Below, in pieces: positions 34,361 to 44,278 of a DNA stretch of 64,000 bases. How positions within the stretch are numbered: the stretch's first letter is position 1; each line of letters begins with the position of its first letter. The notes beneath the pieces were generated by a model. It was given only the letters and a program-made list of their open reading frames with translations, did no database searches and was not told the origin of the DNA. The translations under genes were made by a program, and so were the position numbers. Source of the stretch: an uncultured Nitrososphaerota archaeon (GTDB taxonomy: Archaea; Thermoproteota; Nitrososphaeria; Nitrososphaerales; Gagatemarchaeaceae); assembly GCA_963718895.1 (NCBI GenBank), contig CAVRAG010000008.1, positions 1,548,040-1,612,039 on the forward strand. Reading direction: 5' to 3'.

Positions 34361-35114
34361 GACGGCGTACGAGCTCAACGAGGTATCTTGGTGGTCCAAC
34401 TGGACCAAGGCGCGATGGCTGAGCCGGAACGCCTATGTCTTGTTCTCGCAAGAATTCGATGAGTATTTCTTCAACCGCGGAGGGTTCCTGAAGATCACTC
34501 CCGACTCGAACAAGTCCATCGAGCCCATGGAGAAGGAGTTCGAGGCTCGGAAGCGAAGGCCGCACCTCCTCCTCCAGAGCGACCAGCTAGATTCGAAGCT
34601 GCTGTCCGCTCTCGCGAAGAGAGGGTACAGGATTGCAGACCAGATGGCGGTCATGGAGATGGACGAGCCGTCCTTCAAGGTGAATCCGGACTTGAAGATA
34701 GAGGAGGAGGTCGAAGGGGGGAAACTGGAGAGTTGGGCCAGCATCTACCTCGACTCGTTCTACGGAGAGACGAGCCAAATGAAGGCCGTCACTGCCATCC
34801 TCCAGAGGCTCTCGGGAGCCAACGAAGCGAGCCTCTTGATTGGGACAATCAAGGGCGAACCCGCTGGAGTGACAGCGCTCTTCAAGACGGGGAAGGTGTG
34901 TGGTGCCTATTGCGTCGCGACGCAACACGAGTGGAGGGGCAGGCACGTGGCCAGTACGATGCTCGATTTCTCCTACAGGGTGGCGGTCGAGGAAGGGAGG
35001 AAGCTCATCCTCCAGACGATTCTCTCCGACTCCCTGGAGGTGCTGTACACGAAGCTGGGGTTCAAGAGAGCCTACCTCAAAGACCTCTTCGTGAAAGACG
35101 CAGGAGGGTCCTGA
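34344..35114 (+). CDS. GNAT-family acetyltransferase
   Basis: VAT..WRGRHVAS and LYTKLGF GNAT motifs. Confidence 0.8.
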
Positions 35115-35115
35115 G

Positions 35116-35637
35116 ATGAAGGGCCAAAGAAGGAAGGAGGCCGCTTCTGGCCACAGCATCAACAGGACGGCGACGACAGGGTCGCTCGCCTTCGTCGATG
35201 TCTTCGTGGGTTTCGAGACCGTTGAGGCCGTAAGGTCGATATTTCAGGACCGAACCGAGGAGGTCCTCACGGACCTGATGGTCGACATCCTCCCGCGAGC
35301 AGGATATCTGCGGGTCGACGATGAAACGGGCAACATCGTCGTGAGCTCTGAGTACTTGAGGACGGGGGACGAGAGATACCTGTATCTCGATGTGATTCAC
35401 GAGCTTGTCCACATCAGGCAGTTCATGGAGGGCAAGGAGCTCTTCGACAGGAGGTTCAGCTACGTGGACCGGCCGACAGAGATAGAGGCGTACGCAGCCT
35501 CCGTAAAGGAGGCTATGAGAATCGGAATGAGAGAGGAGGAGATACTAGACTATCTCAAGGTTGAGTGGGTCACAGAGGAGGAGTTCCAGAGGCTCCTGCT
35601 CGCCGTGGGCTTCAAGACGAGTAAAGAGGGGCACTAG
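35116..35637 (+). CDS. Putative zinc metallopeptidase-like protein
   Basis: HELVH..Q and EIEAY motifs. Confidence 0.65.
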   Translation: MKGQRRKEAASGHSINRTATTGSLAFVDVFVGFETVEAVRSIFQDRTEEVLTDLMVDILPRAGYLRVDDETGNIVVSSEYLRTGDERYLYLDVIHELVHIRQFMEGKELFDRRFSYVDRPTEIEAYAASVKEAMRIGMREEEILDYLKVEWVTEEEFQRLLLAVGFKTSKEGH

Positions 35638-35705
35638 GCTCGACCCAGGACGAGGTCGACCACCAAGATTTATACCGACGGGCCTCTCCCGAATCCAGGC
35701 TTCTG

Positions 35706-36026
35706 ATGACCAAGGTAAAGGCGATCTACGTCGTATACGCCAACTGGTGTCCTCATTGCGTCCCGACCACGGTCGAACCCATGAAGAAGATCGGGCAGGA
35801 GCTTGGCGTGCCCGTCCACCTGCTTGACATCGACACTGAAGACGAAAGCAGAGCTGATGAACTGGTCAAGAGATACGGCGACTGGACTCCGGACTACCTC
35901 ATTCCGCAGGTCTTCGTGGAGACGGGTCACGGAGAGGTGAAGCATGTCCTAACAGGCAACCCTCAGGGCGTGATGTACACTCGGAAAGCGGTCGAGAGCC
36001 TCTTGAAGAGTCTCTCCGACAACTAG
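35706..36026 (+). CDS. Thioredoxin-fold protein
   Basis: WCPHC active site and a downstream IP cis-proline motif. Confidence 0.8.
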   Translation: MTKVKAIYVVYANWCPHCVPTTVEPMKKIGQELGVPVHLLDIDTEDESRADELVKRYGDWTPDYLIPQVFVETGHGEVKHVLTGNPQGVMYTRKAVESLLKSLSDN

Positions 36027-36105
36027 TTCGCCACCTTACGAGGAGAATCTCAGGCGTCACGTTAATTATCTCGCTCCGGAGAAACCGAGACAAGAGCACC
36101 CATAG

Positions 36106-37476
36106 ATGTACATAAAGAACACCGCCGAACTGATCGAGAACGCCGAGAGCGAGGCCGAGAGGACGGCCAGACGCGTCTCTCTCGGTGCGGTCGAGGCTGC
36201 TCTTGCCACGGTCGAGCCCGGACGCTTGATCCGTTCCAAGCTCAAGATTCTAGGCGGCCAGCTGGTCGTCCAGGGAGCAAGGTTTGACCTACCAAGGTTC
36301 AGACGAATCTTGGTAATCGGGGGTGGTAAGGCTGGCGGTCCGATGGCGAGGGGTCTTGAGTCTGTGCTCGGAGGCAGAATCACAGCGGGCATCGTCAACC
36401 TACCAGATTCCCAGCCGCTCGATGGAGGCAGATCGAGGACGATCAAACTCCATCATGCTACCCACCCACTTCCCAGCAAGGCCGGCACGGATGGGGTCGA
36501 ACTGATGCTCGACCTCGTGGGGACGCCGACCGCTGACGATCTAGTAATCTGCCTGATATCTGGAGGGGGATCGTCGCTCCTCCCGATGCCAAGAGAGGGG
36601 GTATCGCTTGCCGACAAGGTCGAAGTCACCAGAACCCTGCTGCGAGCCGGGGCTACCATACAGGAGCTCAACGTCGTCAGGAAGCACCTATCGGCACTGA
36701 AGGGAGGATGGCTCGCGGAGAGGCTCTATCCTTCAGTCGTTCTCTCACTAGTGATTTCTGATGTGGTTGGAAATAGACTGGACTCGATAGCATCGGGTCC
36801 GCTCTACCCCGACTCCTCCACTTTTCTCGATGCTATCCACGTTTTGGAGAGGTACAACGTCTGGGAGGGAATCCCCCGCAGCGCGTCGACCCTGCTTAGG
36901 AAGGGTGTCGATGGCAAGATCCCTGAGACCCCGAAGCCGGGTTCGAGATTCTTCAGGAATGTCTCGAACCTCGTAATAGGCAGCAACGACGACGCCAGCA
37001 ACGCGGCCGAGAGCTATCTGCGGTCGAGGGGTCAGAGACCGAGGTTGCTGACCACGAGCTTGGAGGGTGAGGCGAGATTCGCTGGGATGTTCCTGGGTTC
37101 CGTGCTCCTTTACGCGACCACCAAGCGGAGGCCCTCGAGCTACGTCGTTGGCGGAGAGACGACTGTAACGGTCAGGGGGGATGGTAGGGGCGGGAGGAAT
37201 CAGGAGTTTGCCCTGGGTGCCGCGATGAAAACCGATGGAAACCTTGGAGTTGCGATGGTCGCTCTCGGAACTGATGGTGTGGACGGTTCCACCGATGCAG
37301 CAGGAGCCGTCATAGATGGTTCCACGATTAGAAGGGCGGAATCCCTCGGGCTCTCTCCGGAAGAGATTCTGCGTCAAAACGACACGTTCAGGCTCTTCGA
37401 GGGTCTCGGCGACCTCGTGAAGACGGGACCTACAGGTACAAACGTCAACGATATTGCTGTTGCTGCTGTGGTCTAG
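36106..37476 (+). CDS. Glycerate 2-kinase (MOFRL family)
   Basis: GGGKAG, ISGGGSSL, GGETTV, GGRNQE, TDGVDG, TGTNVND. Confidence 0.93.
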   Translation: MYIKNTAELIENAESEAERTARRVSLGAVEAALATVEPGRLIRSKLKILGGQLVVQGARFDLPRFRRILVIGGGKAGGPMARGLESVLGGRITAGIVNLPDSQPLDGGRSRTIKLHHATHPLPSKAGTDGVELMLDLVGTPTADDLVICLISGGGSSLLPMPREGVSLADKVEVTRTLLRAGATIQELNVVRKHLSALKGGWLAERLYPSVVLSLVISDVVGNRLDSIASGPLYPDSSTFLDAIHVLERYNVWEGIPRSASTLLRKGVDGKIPETPKPGSRFFRNVSNLVIGSNDDASNAAESYLRSRGQRPRLLTTSLEGEARFAGMFLGSVLLYATTKRRPSSYVVGGETTVTVRGDGRGGRNQEFALGAAMKTDGNLGVAMVALGTDGVDGSTDAAGAVIDGSTIRRAESLGLSPEEILRQNDTFRLFEGLGDLVKTGPTGTNVNDIAVAAVV

Positions 37477-38153
37477 CCCACAGTGGTGCCTACGACATCT
37501 CCCTGAATCGCCGAGAACACGTTCTCCGGATTGTTTCCGTTCACGACTATGAGCTTTATCCTGTTGTTCGCTATCCTCTCGACTGCCACAGGGTCGATTA
37601 TGCTGTGGATCCCGGGGGTGTGATTCCCCCCGAGTATCGCAACGAGCATGGGATAGGAGACCTTTGGCAGCAATTGGGCCCTCTTGTGCACGTGTGGATC
37701 GGCCGTGTAGATTCCCTCCTGGTTGGAGGCTTTGACCATGAGGTCAGACCGCCAAGCCTCCGCGACGAGCGTCGCCACGGTATCAGTCGTAATCCCAGGC
37801 CTCAGACCTCCCATCACGACCACTCCGTCCCTGGTGACCCTCGAGAGCGCCGTGCCTATCGTTGTCGGCACTTCCGGGAACCCGAGCTTCATCCCGACAA
37901 GCCTGGCGTTCAGTCTTGAGGCCTGTATGGCGACCAAATCCTGTTCTCTGTGCCCCAGGCCCAACTTCTTGGCTGCTTCGATGTACTGCCTCGCAACCAA
38001 TCCTCCCCCCACCACGATGGTGACCTTGTGCCCCCTCTTCAGGACCTTCTCGATTATCGTCGCGTAGCTCGCCATCACCTCTCCGTCAGGCGGTGAACCG
38101 AGTATCGAGCCACCTATCCTGAGTACTATCTTCAATCCGGCGCTACGAGCCAT
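37473..38153 (-). CDS. pyrH: UMP kinase
   Basis: IGGS, VVGGG..AR.YI, PGITTD, GIYTADP. Confidence 0.93.
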   Translation of the reverse strand: MARSAGLKIVLRIGGSILGSPPDGEVMASYATIIEKVLKRGHKVTIVVGGGLVARQYIEAAKKLGLGHREQDLVAIQASRLNARLVGMKLGFPEVPTTIGTALSRVTRDGVVVMGGLRPGITTDTVATLVAEAWRSDLMVKASNQEGIYTADPHVHKRAQLLPKVSYPMLVAILGGNHTPGIHSIIDPVAVERIANNRIKLIVVNGNNPENVFSAIQGDVVGTTVG

Positions 38154-38278
38154 ATCGTCGGTTATTCAACATAATCATAGATTTTATAAAGCACTGCTCG
38201 ACCGAACTCTCGTCTGTGTTGTGCATCTGCACCGTCCCTGATGCTGATTCTCTGAGCTGACGCTAGAGGTTATCATAT

Positions 38279-39526
38279 TTGCTTAGCAAAGCTGACTCAG
38301 TTAGACTTTACAAGATTAGAAAGGTCATCTCCGAGCTCTCGAGCAAGGAGGGTAGGGGGACCGAGCTCGTCTCGCTGTACATACCTCCGAAGAAGCCTCT
38401 TCACGAGGTCATCGCGTACCTAAGGAACGAGTGGGGCACGGCCGGCAACATAAAGTCCGACACGACCAGGAACCATGTTCAGGATGCGCTGACGAAGACG
38501 ATGCAGCGCCTCAAACTCTACAGGGAGACACCGGAGACAGGGCTGGTGATATTCTCAGGGGCTCTGCCGACGAACGGGCCAGGCAGCGAAGTGATACGTA
38601 TGAACGAGGTGGTCCCACCGAAGCCTGTCAACACCTTCCTGTACACCTGCGATGATCACTTCCATGTAGAGTTCCTGAAGGACATGCTCAAGGCGGAGAA
38701 GGTCTACGGTATTCTCTCGCTCGACTCGAACGAAGTGGGCATAGGAATCCTGTCCGGTGACAGGCTGGACGTTGAAGACCTGATGACCTCCGGCATATCA
38801 GGGAAGACGAGGAAAGGAGGCCAGAGCGCGCGGAGGTATGAGAGAGGTCGGGAGATGGAACTCATTTACTTCTTCAATAGGGTCTCTGAGCACGTCACCA
38901 GGATCTTCATAACGGACCACAACGTCAATGGAGTGATAGTCGGGGGTCCGGGGCCCACCAAGGACAACTTCCTGAAGGGAGGATACCTTGACTACAGGCT
39001 CCAGAAGAACATTATAGACGTCATCGACACGTCCTACTCGGGGAGGGAAGGCATCCGCGAGATTGCCGAGAAAGCCGCCGACAAGCTCCAGGACGTGCGG
39101 TTCATGGAGGAGAGGAAGCTCGTCCAAAAGTTCCTCGGAGAGATAAACAAGCCGAATGGGCTGACCGTCTACGGCCTCCCGAAAATCATCGATGCCCTAA
39201 ACCGGGGGAACATGGAGACTATACTGATTTCCGACGACATCAACATCACCAAGATTCGGATGACCTGCAAGAACTGTCAGACCGTGAAGGAGAAGGTCGT
39301 CGAGAACCAGAAGAAGATGCAGACGATGCAGGAGATGCTCAGCGAGCCCTGCACTAAGTGTGGTGCCATCGACTACGAGGTCGACGAGTCCGATGTCGTG
39401 GACATGCTTGAGGAGAAGGCAATCCAGATTGGTGCAAAGGTCGAGATGATATCTTCAGGAACGGAGGAGGGGGCCATGCTGAAATCTTTCGGAGGGGCCG
39501 CAGGGTTCCTCAGGTACAGGCTATAG
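38279..39526 (+). CDS. prf1: Peptide chain release factor aRF1
   Basis: GRGTELVSLYIP, NIKS, YTCD, GGQS. Confidence 0.97.
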   Translation: MLSKADSVRLYKIRKVISELSSKEGRGTELVSLYIPPKKPLHEVIAYLRNEWGTAGNIKSDTTRNHVQDALTKTMQRLKLYRETPETGLVIFSGALPTNGPGSEVIRMNEVVPPKPVNTFLYTCDDHFHVEFLKDMLKAEKVYGILSLDSNEVGIGILSGDRLDVEDLMTSGISGKTRKGGQSARRYERGREMELIYFFNRVSEHVTRIFITDHNVNGVIVGGPGPTKDNFLKGGYLDYRLQKNIIDVIDTSYSGREGIREIAEKAADKLQDVRFMEERKLVQKFLGEINKPNGLTVYGLPKIIDALNRGNMETILISDDINITKIRMTCKNCQTVKEKVVENQKKMQTMQEMLSEPCTKCGAIDYEVDESDVVDMLEEKAIQIGAKVEMISSGTEEGAMLKSFGGAAGFLRYRL

Positions 39527-39612
39527 CACTACCCCCATTAAGGGCCTAAATCGCATCGTAGCGAATACCCATCCTTCAACTATAAGTAGAACGATTTAGG
39601 AAATTCGAAGAT

Positions 39613-40830
39613 ATGCCGATCCGGATCGGAATCATCGGAAAGACCAATGCGGGTAAGACCACCCTGTTCAACTCCATGACGCTTCAGGCCGCCGAGGTCT
39701 CCAACTACCCGTTCACGACCAAGTCCCCGAACACCGGGGTAGCCCAGGTGGTGACGCTGTGCGTCCACAAGGAGTTTGGTGTGCAGGACAATCCGAAGAA
39801 CTCCAAGTGCGATGAGGGATGGAGATTCATCCCCATAGAGGTGACAGACCTCCCAGGCCTGATCAAGGGGGCCTACCTTGGGAAGGGGCTTGGAAACCAG
39901 TTCCTTTCGGTGGCAGCCCAGTCTGACGCCCTTCTCCATGTAGTCGACGCGTCGGGAAGCGTCGACAAGGAAGGAAGGGTGACGGAGACGGGCGTCGGTG
40001 ACCCCATCGCGGACTTCGCTGACGTCGAGCTGGAGCTCGTGCTCTGGTATACGAAGATGTTCTCGAGCAACATGGGGAAGATAGCCAAGGCTGCGAAGCT
40101 GCCTGGAGGAGACATCGGCACCGCGGTCGCCGACGTCATGCAGGGGATCGGCGTGAAGAAGGAGCACGTGAACTTCGCCCTCAAAGAAGCCCTCCTGGAA
40201 GGAAAGGACATTGAGAGCTGGACCGAGAAGGAGACCCAGAACTTCTGCTGGATACTCCGGGATGTCTCGAAGCCGACCCTCATCATAGCGAACAAGATGG
40301 ACCTGCCCAACGCTGCGGAGAACTTCAAGAAGCTGAGGGAGCACTACAAGGATTTCATAGTGGTGCCAACCAGCGGGGAGGCCGAGCTCTCTCTGAGAAG
40401 AGCGGAGTCGAAGGGTTACATCAAGTATGTGCCGGGAGAAGAGCGCTTCGACATCATAAAGCCACAGGAGCTGACCGTCACTCAGCAGACCGCTCTAGCC
40501 TACATCAGGAGAAAGGTCTTCGGAGAGTACTTGAGGACTGGGGTCCAGTTCGCCCTAAGCATAGCAATATTCAAGCTGCTGAAGATGAATGCCATCTATC
40601 CGGTGGCAGACCCGGAGAAGCTGACCGACAAGAGCGGGCACGTCCTGCCCGACGTCTACCTGCTCCCGGCTGGGTCCACCCTCGACGACCTCGCGAGGAC
40701 GGTCCACACCGACCTTCACAAGGGTCTCCTCTACGCGGTCGATGTCAGGACAGGAATCCATCTTCCGACAGACTACGTCCTAAGGGATAGGGACGTGCTC
40801 TCGATCGTCTCGACGGCGAGAAGGGGCTAG
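39613..40830 (+). CDS. ychF: YchF/Obg-family GTPase with TGS domain
   Basis: GKTNAGKT, NYPFTT, DLPGL, NKMD. Confidence 0.9.
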   Translation: MPIRIGIIGKTNAGKTTLFNSMTLQAAEVSNYPFTTKSPNTGVAQVVTLCVHKEFGVQDNPKNSKCDEGWRFIPIEVTDLPGLIKGAYLGKGLGNQFLSVAAQSDALLHVVDASGSVDKEGRVTETGVGDPIADFADVELELVLWYTKMFSSNMGKIAKAAKLPGGDIGTAVADVMQGIGVKKEHVNFALKEALLEGKDIESWTEKETQNFCWILRDVSKPTLIIANKMDLPNAAENFKKLREHYKDFIVVPTSGEAELSLRRAESKGYIKYVPGEERFDIIKPQELTVTQQTALAYIRRKVFGEYLRTGVQFALSIAIFKLLKMNAIYPVADPEKLTDKSGHVLPDVYLLPAGSTLDDLARTVHTDLHKGLLYAVDVRTGIHLPTDYVLRDRDVLSIVSTARRG

Positions 40831-40913
40831 ACTGGAGGACGTCCTGCTCGGACTCGCCGCGTCCGGGCGAGGGCAGGAACTCTTATTAGCAAAAATCCCA
40901 GATTTCAGGTCGT

Positions 40914-41885
40914 TTGTCCCGGGAAGAGCCCTCCCTTTCGCAGCTCATGGTCAGGTACCCTTTTACTCCCTTCTCAAGGAGGTTCTTCGACAAGCTCTCG
41001 ATAGAGGAGAGCTTCTCCAGCTCTGAGGTGCTGAGACAGGCCGAGAACCGTCTCCTGAGTTCCATTGGTCGGGTGAGGTACGAGCCGCACATGTCGGAGC
41101 TTATCGAGTTCTCGAGCTTCTTCGTCGCCGCGCTGGTCGCGAGTCAGGAGCTCTATCTGGGGCAGAACTTCGCCCGCACAGAGAGCGACTCTGCGAAGAG
41201 GCTATTCATCCGGGAGAAGCCCCTGGAGAAGCAGGTCATCCTGAACGACTGCTTCGACGTCAAGCTCACGCGCCTGGGTTCCGAGACCGCGGGATACGAA
41301 TACAGTATGCGCGTGGAAGATTATCTGAGGGCGACCACACGCTTCGAACTGAAATCACAGTTCTGGAGACTGGTCAACCGTCCGCTGGCCAAGGGGGTAG
41401 TCTACCTTGCGGAGAATGGCGTCAATGACCTCTTTGGAGACCTGTCAGAGAAGATGATCTATGGCGGCGTGAAGAACCTTCGAAAGGTCCCATTCCCGAA
41501 GCAGCTGTCTCAGGTACGCGAGGCGCTGCTCCCCTTCCTCCCGCCGCCCGCGGTCAAGTCGACCCGCGGCTATCTGTACGTGGAAGACCTGCTGAGTCAC
41601 CCCGTCTCCGACGGAAGACACAGGCTGACATGGTTGGTTCTGGCACCCTACCTCGTCAACGTCAAGAACCTCGAGGAAGAGCAGGCCGTGGAGAAGATTC
41701 GGGCCTTCGTGGCCGCCAAAGGAGAGACTAGCTCCATGAAGCGGTTCATCGAGTACAACGTGAAGAGGGCCAAGAGAAACGGATTGATGCCCCCGACCTT
41801 GGGCAAGCTCAAGGCCGAGCATCCGGACATCTACGCTCTCCTGCCGAAGGACATGACTCAGAGATACAGGTCCGGCGGCAGCTGA
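40914..41885 (+). CDS. priL: DNA primase non-catalytic subunit (PriL N-domain fused to a PriX-like domain)
   Basis: RYPF, WRLVNRPLAKGVVYL, and C-terminal DGRHRL..VLAPYLVNVK. Confidence 0.75.
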   Translation: MSREEPSLSQLMVRYPFTPFSRRFFDKLSIEESFSSSEVLRQAENRLLSSIGRVRYEPHMSELIEFSSFFVAALVASQELYLGQNFARTESDSAKRLFIREKPLEKQVILNDCFDVKLTRLGSETAGYEYSMRVEDYLRATTRFELKSQFWRLVNRPLAKGVVYLAENGVNDLFGDLSEKMIYGGVKNLRKVPFPKQLSQVREALLPFLPPPAVKSTRGYLYVEDLLSHPVSDGRHRLTWLVLAPYLVNVKNLEEEQAVEKIRAFVAAKGETSSMKRFIEYNVKRAKRNGLMPPTLGKLKAEHPDIYALLPKDMTQRYRSGGS

Positions 41886-41946
41886 GAGGACCGTGAGCCG
41901 TTCAGGTTTATAATCACCCTGTAATCGAGACGTCTCTGGCGGGTGA

Positions 41947-42708
41947 GTGGGCCTCCGACCCGTTCCGCCAGAGCAAACCCCGGTGTTGGAGGAGAGAAAA
42001 ACGCAAAGACAAGAGAACGAGCTACCGATAGCCGAGATATTCCTCAGTGTGCAGGGCGAAGGGATCAATGCAGGGACTCCCAGCGTCTTCCTTCGGACCT
42101 ACTTCTGCAATCTCACGTGCACTTGGTGCGACACCAAGTACACCTGGCTCAACCAGGATGAATCCAAGTCCGGCATCGACTACCAGTCGATGACTGTCGA
42201 CGATGTAATCGAGAAGATCACGGGGTTTGGCTGCAAACACGTTGTCGTGACGGGTGGCGAGCCACTGCTACATCAGAGAGTCCTGCTCCTGGTCTTGTCC
42301 GCTCTCAAGAAGGCGGGCGTCTCGATAGAGGTCGAGACCAACGGTACGCTCGAGCCTAGCGCCGGGATGCTTGAGGTGGTCGACTGCTTCAATGTCTCTC
42401 CGAAGACCTCGAACAGCCTCGTCGATGCGAGACTAAGGGTTCGCCGTGGTCCACTCCAGGTATTCGCTGGCTCTCAGAAGGCCTGGTTCAAGTTCGTAAC
42501 CGCCGACTCTCACGATGTCGATGAAGTAGAAGAATTGATATCCGCATGTGGATTGCCGCGCGACAGGGTAATGCTGATGCCAGAAGGGGTAGATGCTGAC
42601 GCTCTTCTCGTCAAGAGCAGATGGCTGGTCGATGTGTGCAAGGAGAGGGGATTCCGTTTCACCCCCAGGCTCCAGATACTTCTCTATGGGAACAGGAGGG
42701 GCACCTGA
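41947..42708 (+). CDS. queE: 7-carboxy-7-deazaguanine synthase (radical SAM)
   Basis: EIFLSVQGEG, CNLTCTWCDT, TGGEPL, ETNG, SPK. Confidence 0.93.
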   Translation: MGLRPVPPEQTPVLEERKTQRQENELPIAEIFLSVQGEGINAGTPSVFLRTYFCNLTCTWCDTKYTWLNQDESKSGIDYQSMTVDDVIEKITGFGCKHVVVTGGEPLLHQRVLLLVLSALKKAGVSIEVETNGTLEPSAGMLEVVDCFNVSPKTSNSLVDARLRVRRGPLQVFAGSQKAWFKFVTADSHDVDEVEELISACGLPRDRVMLMPEGVDADALLVKSRWLVDVCKERGFRFTPRLQILLYGNRRGT

Positions 42709-43544
42709 TGCAGGACCCTGTTCAACCTAGACCGGCAGTTCTCCTGACATCGGGGGGAGTCGATTCCGTCACCACTGCCTACTACGTCAAGTTCATGCTC
42801 AAGGCGCCCAAGATGATTCTTGTCTTCGCCGACTACAAGCAGCGCACCCACGACTATGAGGAGTTCTGCATCAAGGCGATAGGGAAGGAGCTCGGAGCGC
42901 CTGTCAAGTTGATAGATCTGCGCTGGCTGGGCGACCTGAGCACGAGCGTCCTGACCAAGCCGGGGACGCCCATCGCCGAGACGAAAGAGGAGGATCTCTG
43001 GAACGCAAAGAAGGCGGAGGAGCGTATTTTGAAATGGTGGGATGTGGTCCGTAATCTGGAGCTGGTCACGGTCGGCCTTGCGCACGCCGAGTCCATGGAC
43101 CTCAGCCAGTACCTATTGACAGGTCAGCGCGAAATCTGGGACGTCTACATCGGGATCAGGAGGGAGACGCCGGTGGCGATGAAGGACAACACTCCGGAGT
43201 TCCTTGAGCTCATGGACAGAGTGGCCCAGCAGTCCACGCACTTCGGTGGCTACCACGTGATGGCCCCGCTCATAACGTACGACAAGGACATGGTTGTGAA
43301 GCTGGGAGCGGAACTCGGCGTCCCGTGGGAGTACACCTACAGCTGCTATGCAGGCTATGGGTTCAAGTCGGCTGATGGGGTGGAACTGCCAGTTCATTGT
43401 GGAGTATGTTCCAATGACAAGAGGAGGGCCTTGGCGTTTAAGGTGGCGCGTATATACGATCCCAGCCTCTATGCGAGACCCCCCATTGCCGACGTCCAGT
43501 ACGAGCAGAAGGAAGGAATCTGGATCCAGAAGCGAAAGGACTAG
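42708..43544 (+). CDS. queC: 7-cyano-7-deazaguanine synthase
   Basis: SGGVDS PP-loop, TYSCY...CGVC; translationally coupled to queE. Confidence 0.85.
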   Translation: MQDPVQPRPAVLLTSGGVDSVTTAYYVKFMLKAPKMILVFADYKQRTHDYEEFCIKAIGKELGAPVKLIDLRWLGDLSTSVLTKPGTPIAETKEEDLWNAKKAEERILKWWDVVRNLELVTVGLAHAESMDLSQYLLTGQREIWDVYIGIRRETPVAMKDNTPEFLELMDRVAQQSTHFGGYHVMAPLITYDKDMVVKLGAELGVPWEYTYSCYAGYGFKSADGVELPVHCGVCSNDKRRALAFKVARIYDPSLYARPPIADVQYEQKEGIWIQKRKD

Positions 43545-43655
43545 GAAGAGCTGGCAGAACCCAAGCAGAAGAGCCAAGCAGACTGCGGCTCTCAAAAGAT
43601 GTTGGCAAAGAGAGGGTCACAGGACCCGTGTCTCTGCATACGCGAAGGCCTGAGG

Positions 43656-44177
43656 CTAATCCTCGGTTTCCCTGGAATCCTTCGTCAGCCTGAAGCTTCC
43701 ACCCAGAATAGACCTCTGGCTGACCATCCCTATCGGCCGGCCTGCATCGGTGACCAAGAGTCTCCTTATGTGGTGCTTTGCCATCAGCTTAAGCGCCTCT
43801 TTTATCGGTGTGCCTGAGTCGGTCGAGACAATCGTCTGGGACATCACGTCCTTGAGGGAAACGCTTGACGCCGGTAGATCCTCGGCCGCTATCTTGTACA
43901 GGACGTCCCGCTCCGTCACTATTCCCACATGCTCACCGTTCACCGTGACCAGCACGCTGCCTGCGTCGTTCTGCCTCATGAGCCTGGCCGCGTCCAGTAT
44001 TGTGCTACTTGCATCCAGCTTGAGAAGGCTGGTCCTCATGAAGTCCTTCACGGTCAGCTGTCTCTCTTCTACTCTCTCAATCCAGAACGTTACTGAGTAA
44101 TGGCAATTGGGGCATTCTTCTGGGGGATTCTCGCCCTCGCTTATGTAAGAACATCTGTAACACTCCCACTTGCCCAT
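43656..44177 (-). CDS. Rubredoxin-like plus CBS-pair protein
   Basis: WECYRCSY..PEECPNC followed by two CBS domains (GIVTERD). Confidence 0.85.
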   Translation of the reverse strand: MGKWECYRCSYISEGENPPEECPNCHYSVTFWIERVEERQLTVKDFMRTSLLKLDASSTILDAARLMRQNDAGSVLVTVNGEHVGIVTERDVLYKIAAEDLPASSVSLKDVMSQTIVSTDSGTPIKEALKLMAKHHIRRLLVTDAGRPIGMVSQRSILGGSFRLTKDSRETED

Positions 44178-44278
44178 TATCTTACTTCAGTGAGAGCGAT
44201 TCGTCTTTCTATATATGTTACTGCCGAGTTTCGCGACTGGAGACCTACTCAACCGCTAAATACCCCGCTTTTCGGGTT

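Noticed and set aside
40842-40878. GC-rich hairpin between ychF and priL
   Set aside because: Could be a terminator or H/ACA-like element, but no ACA box or K-turn is evident.
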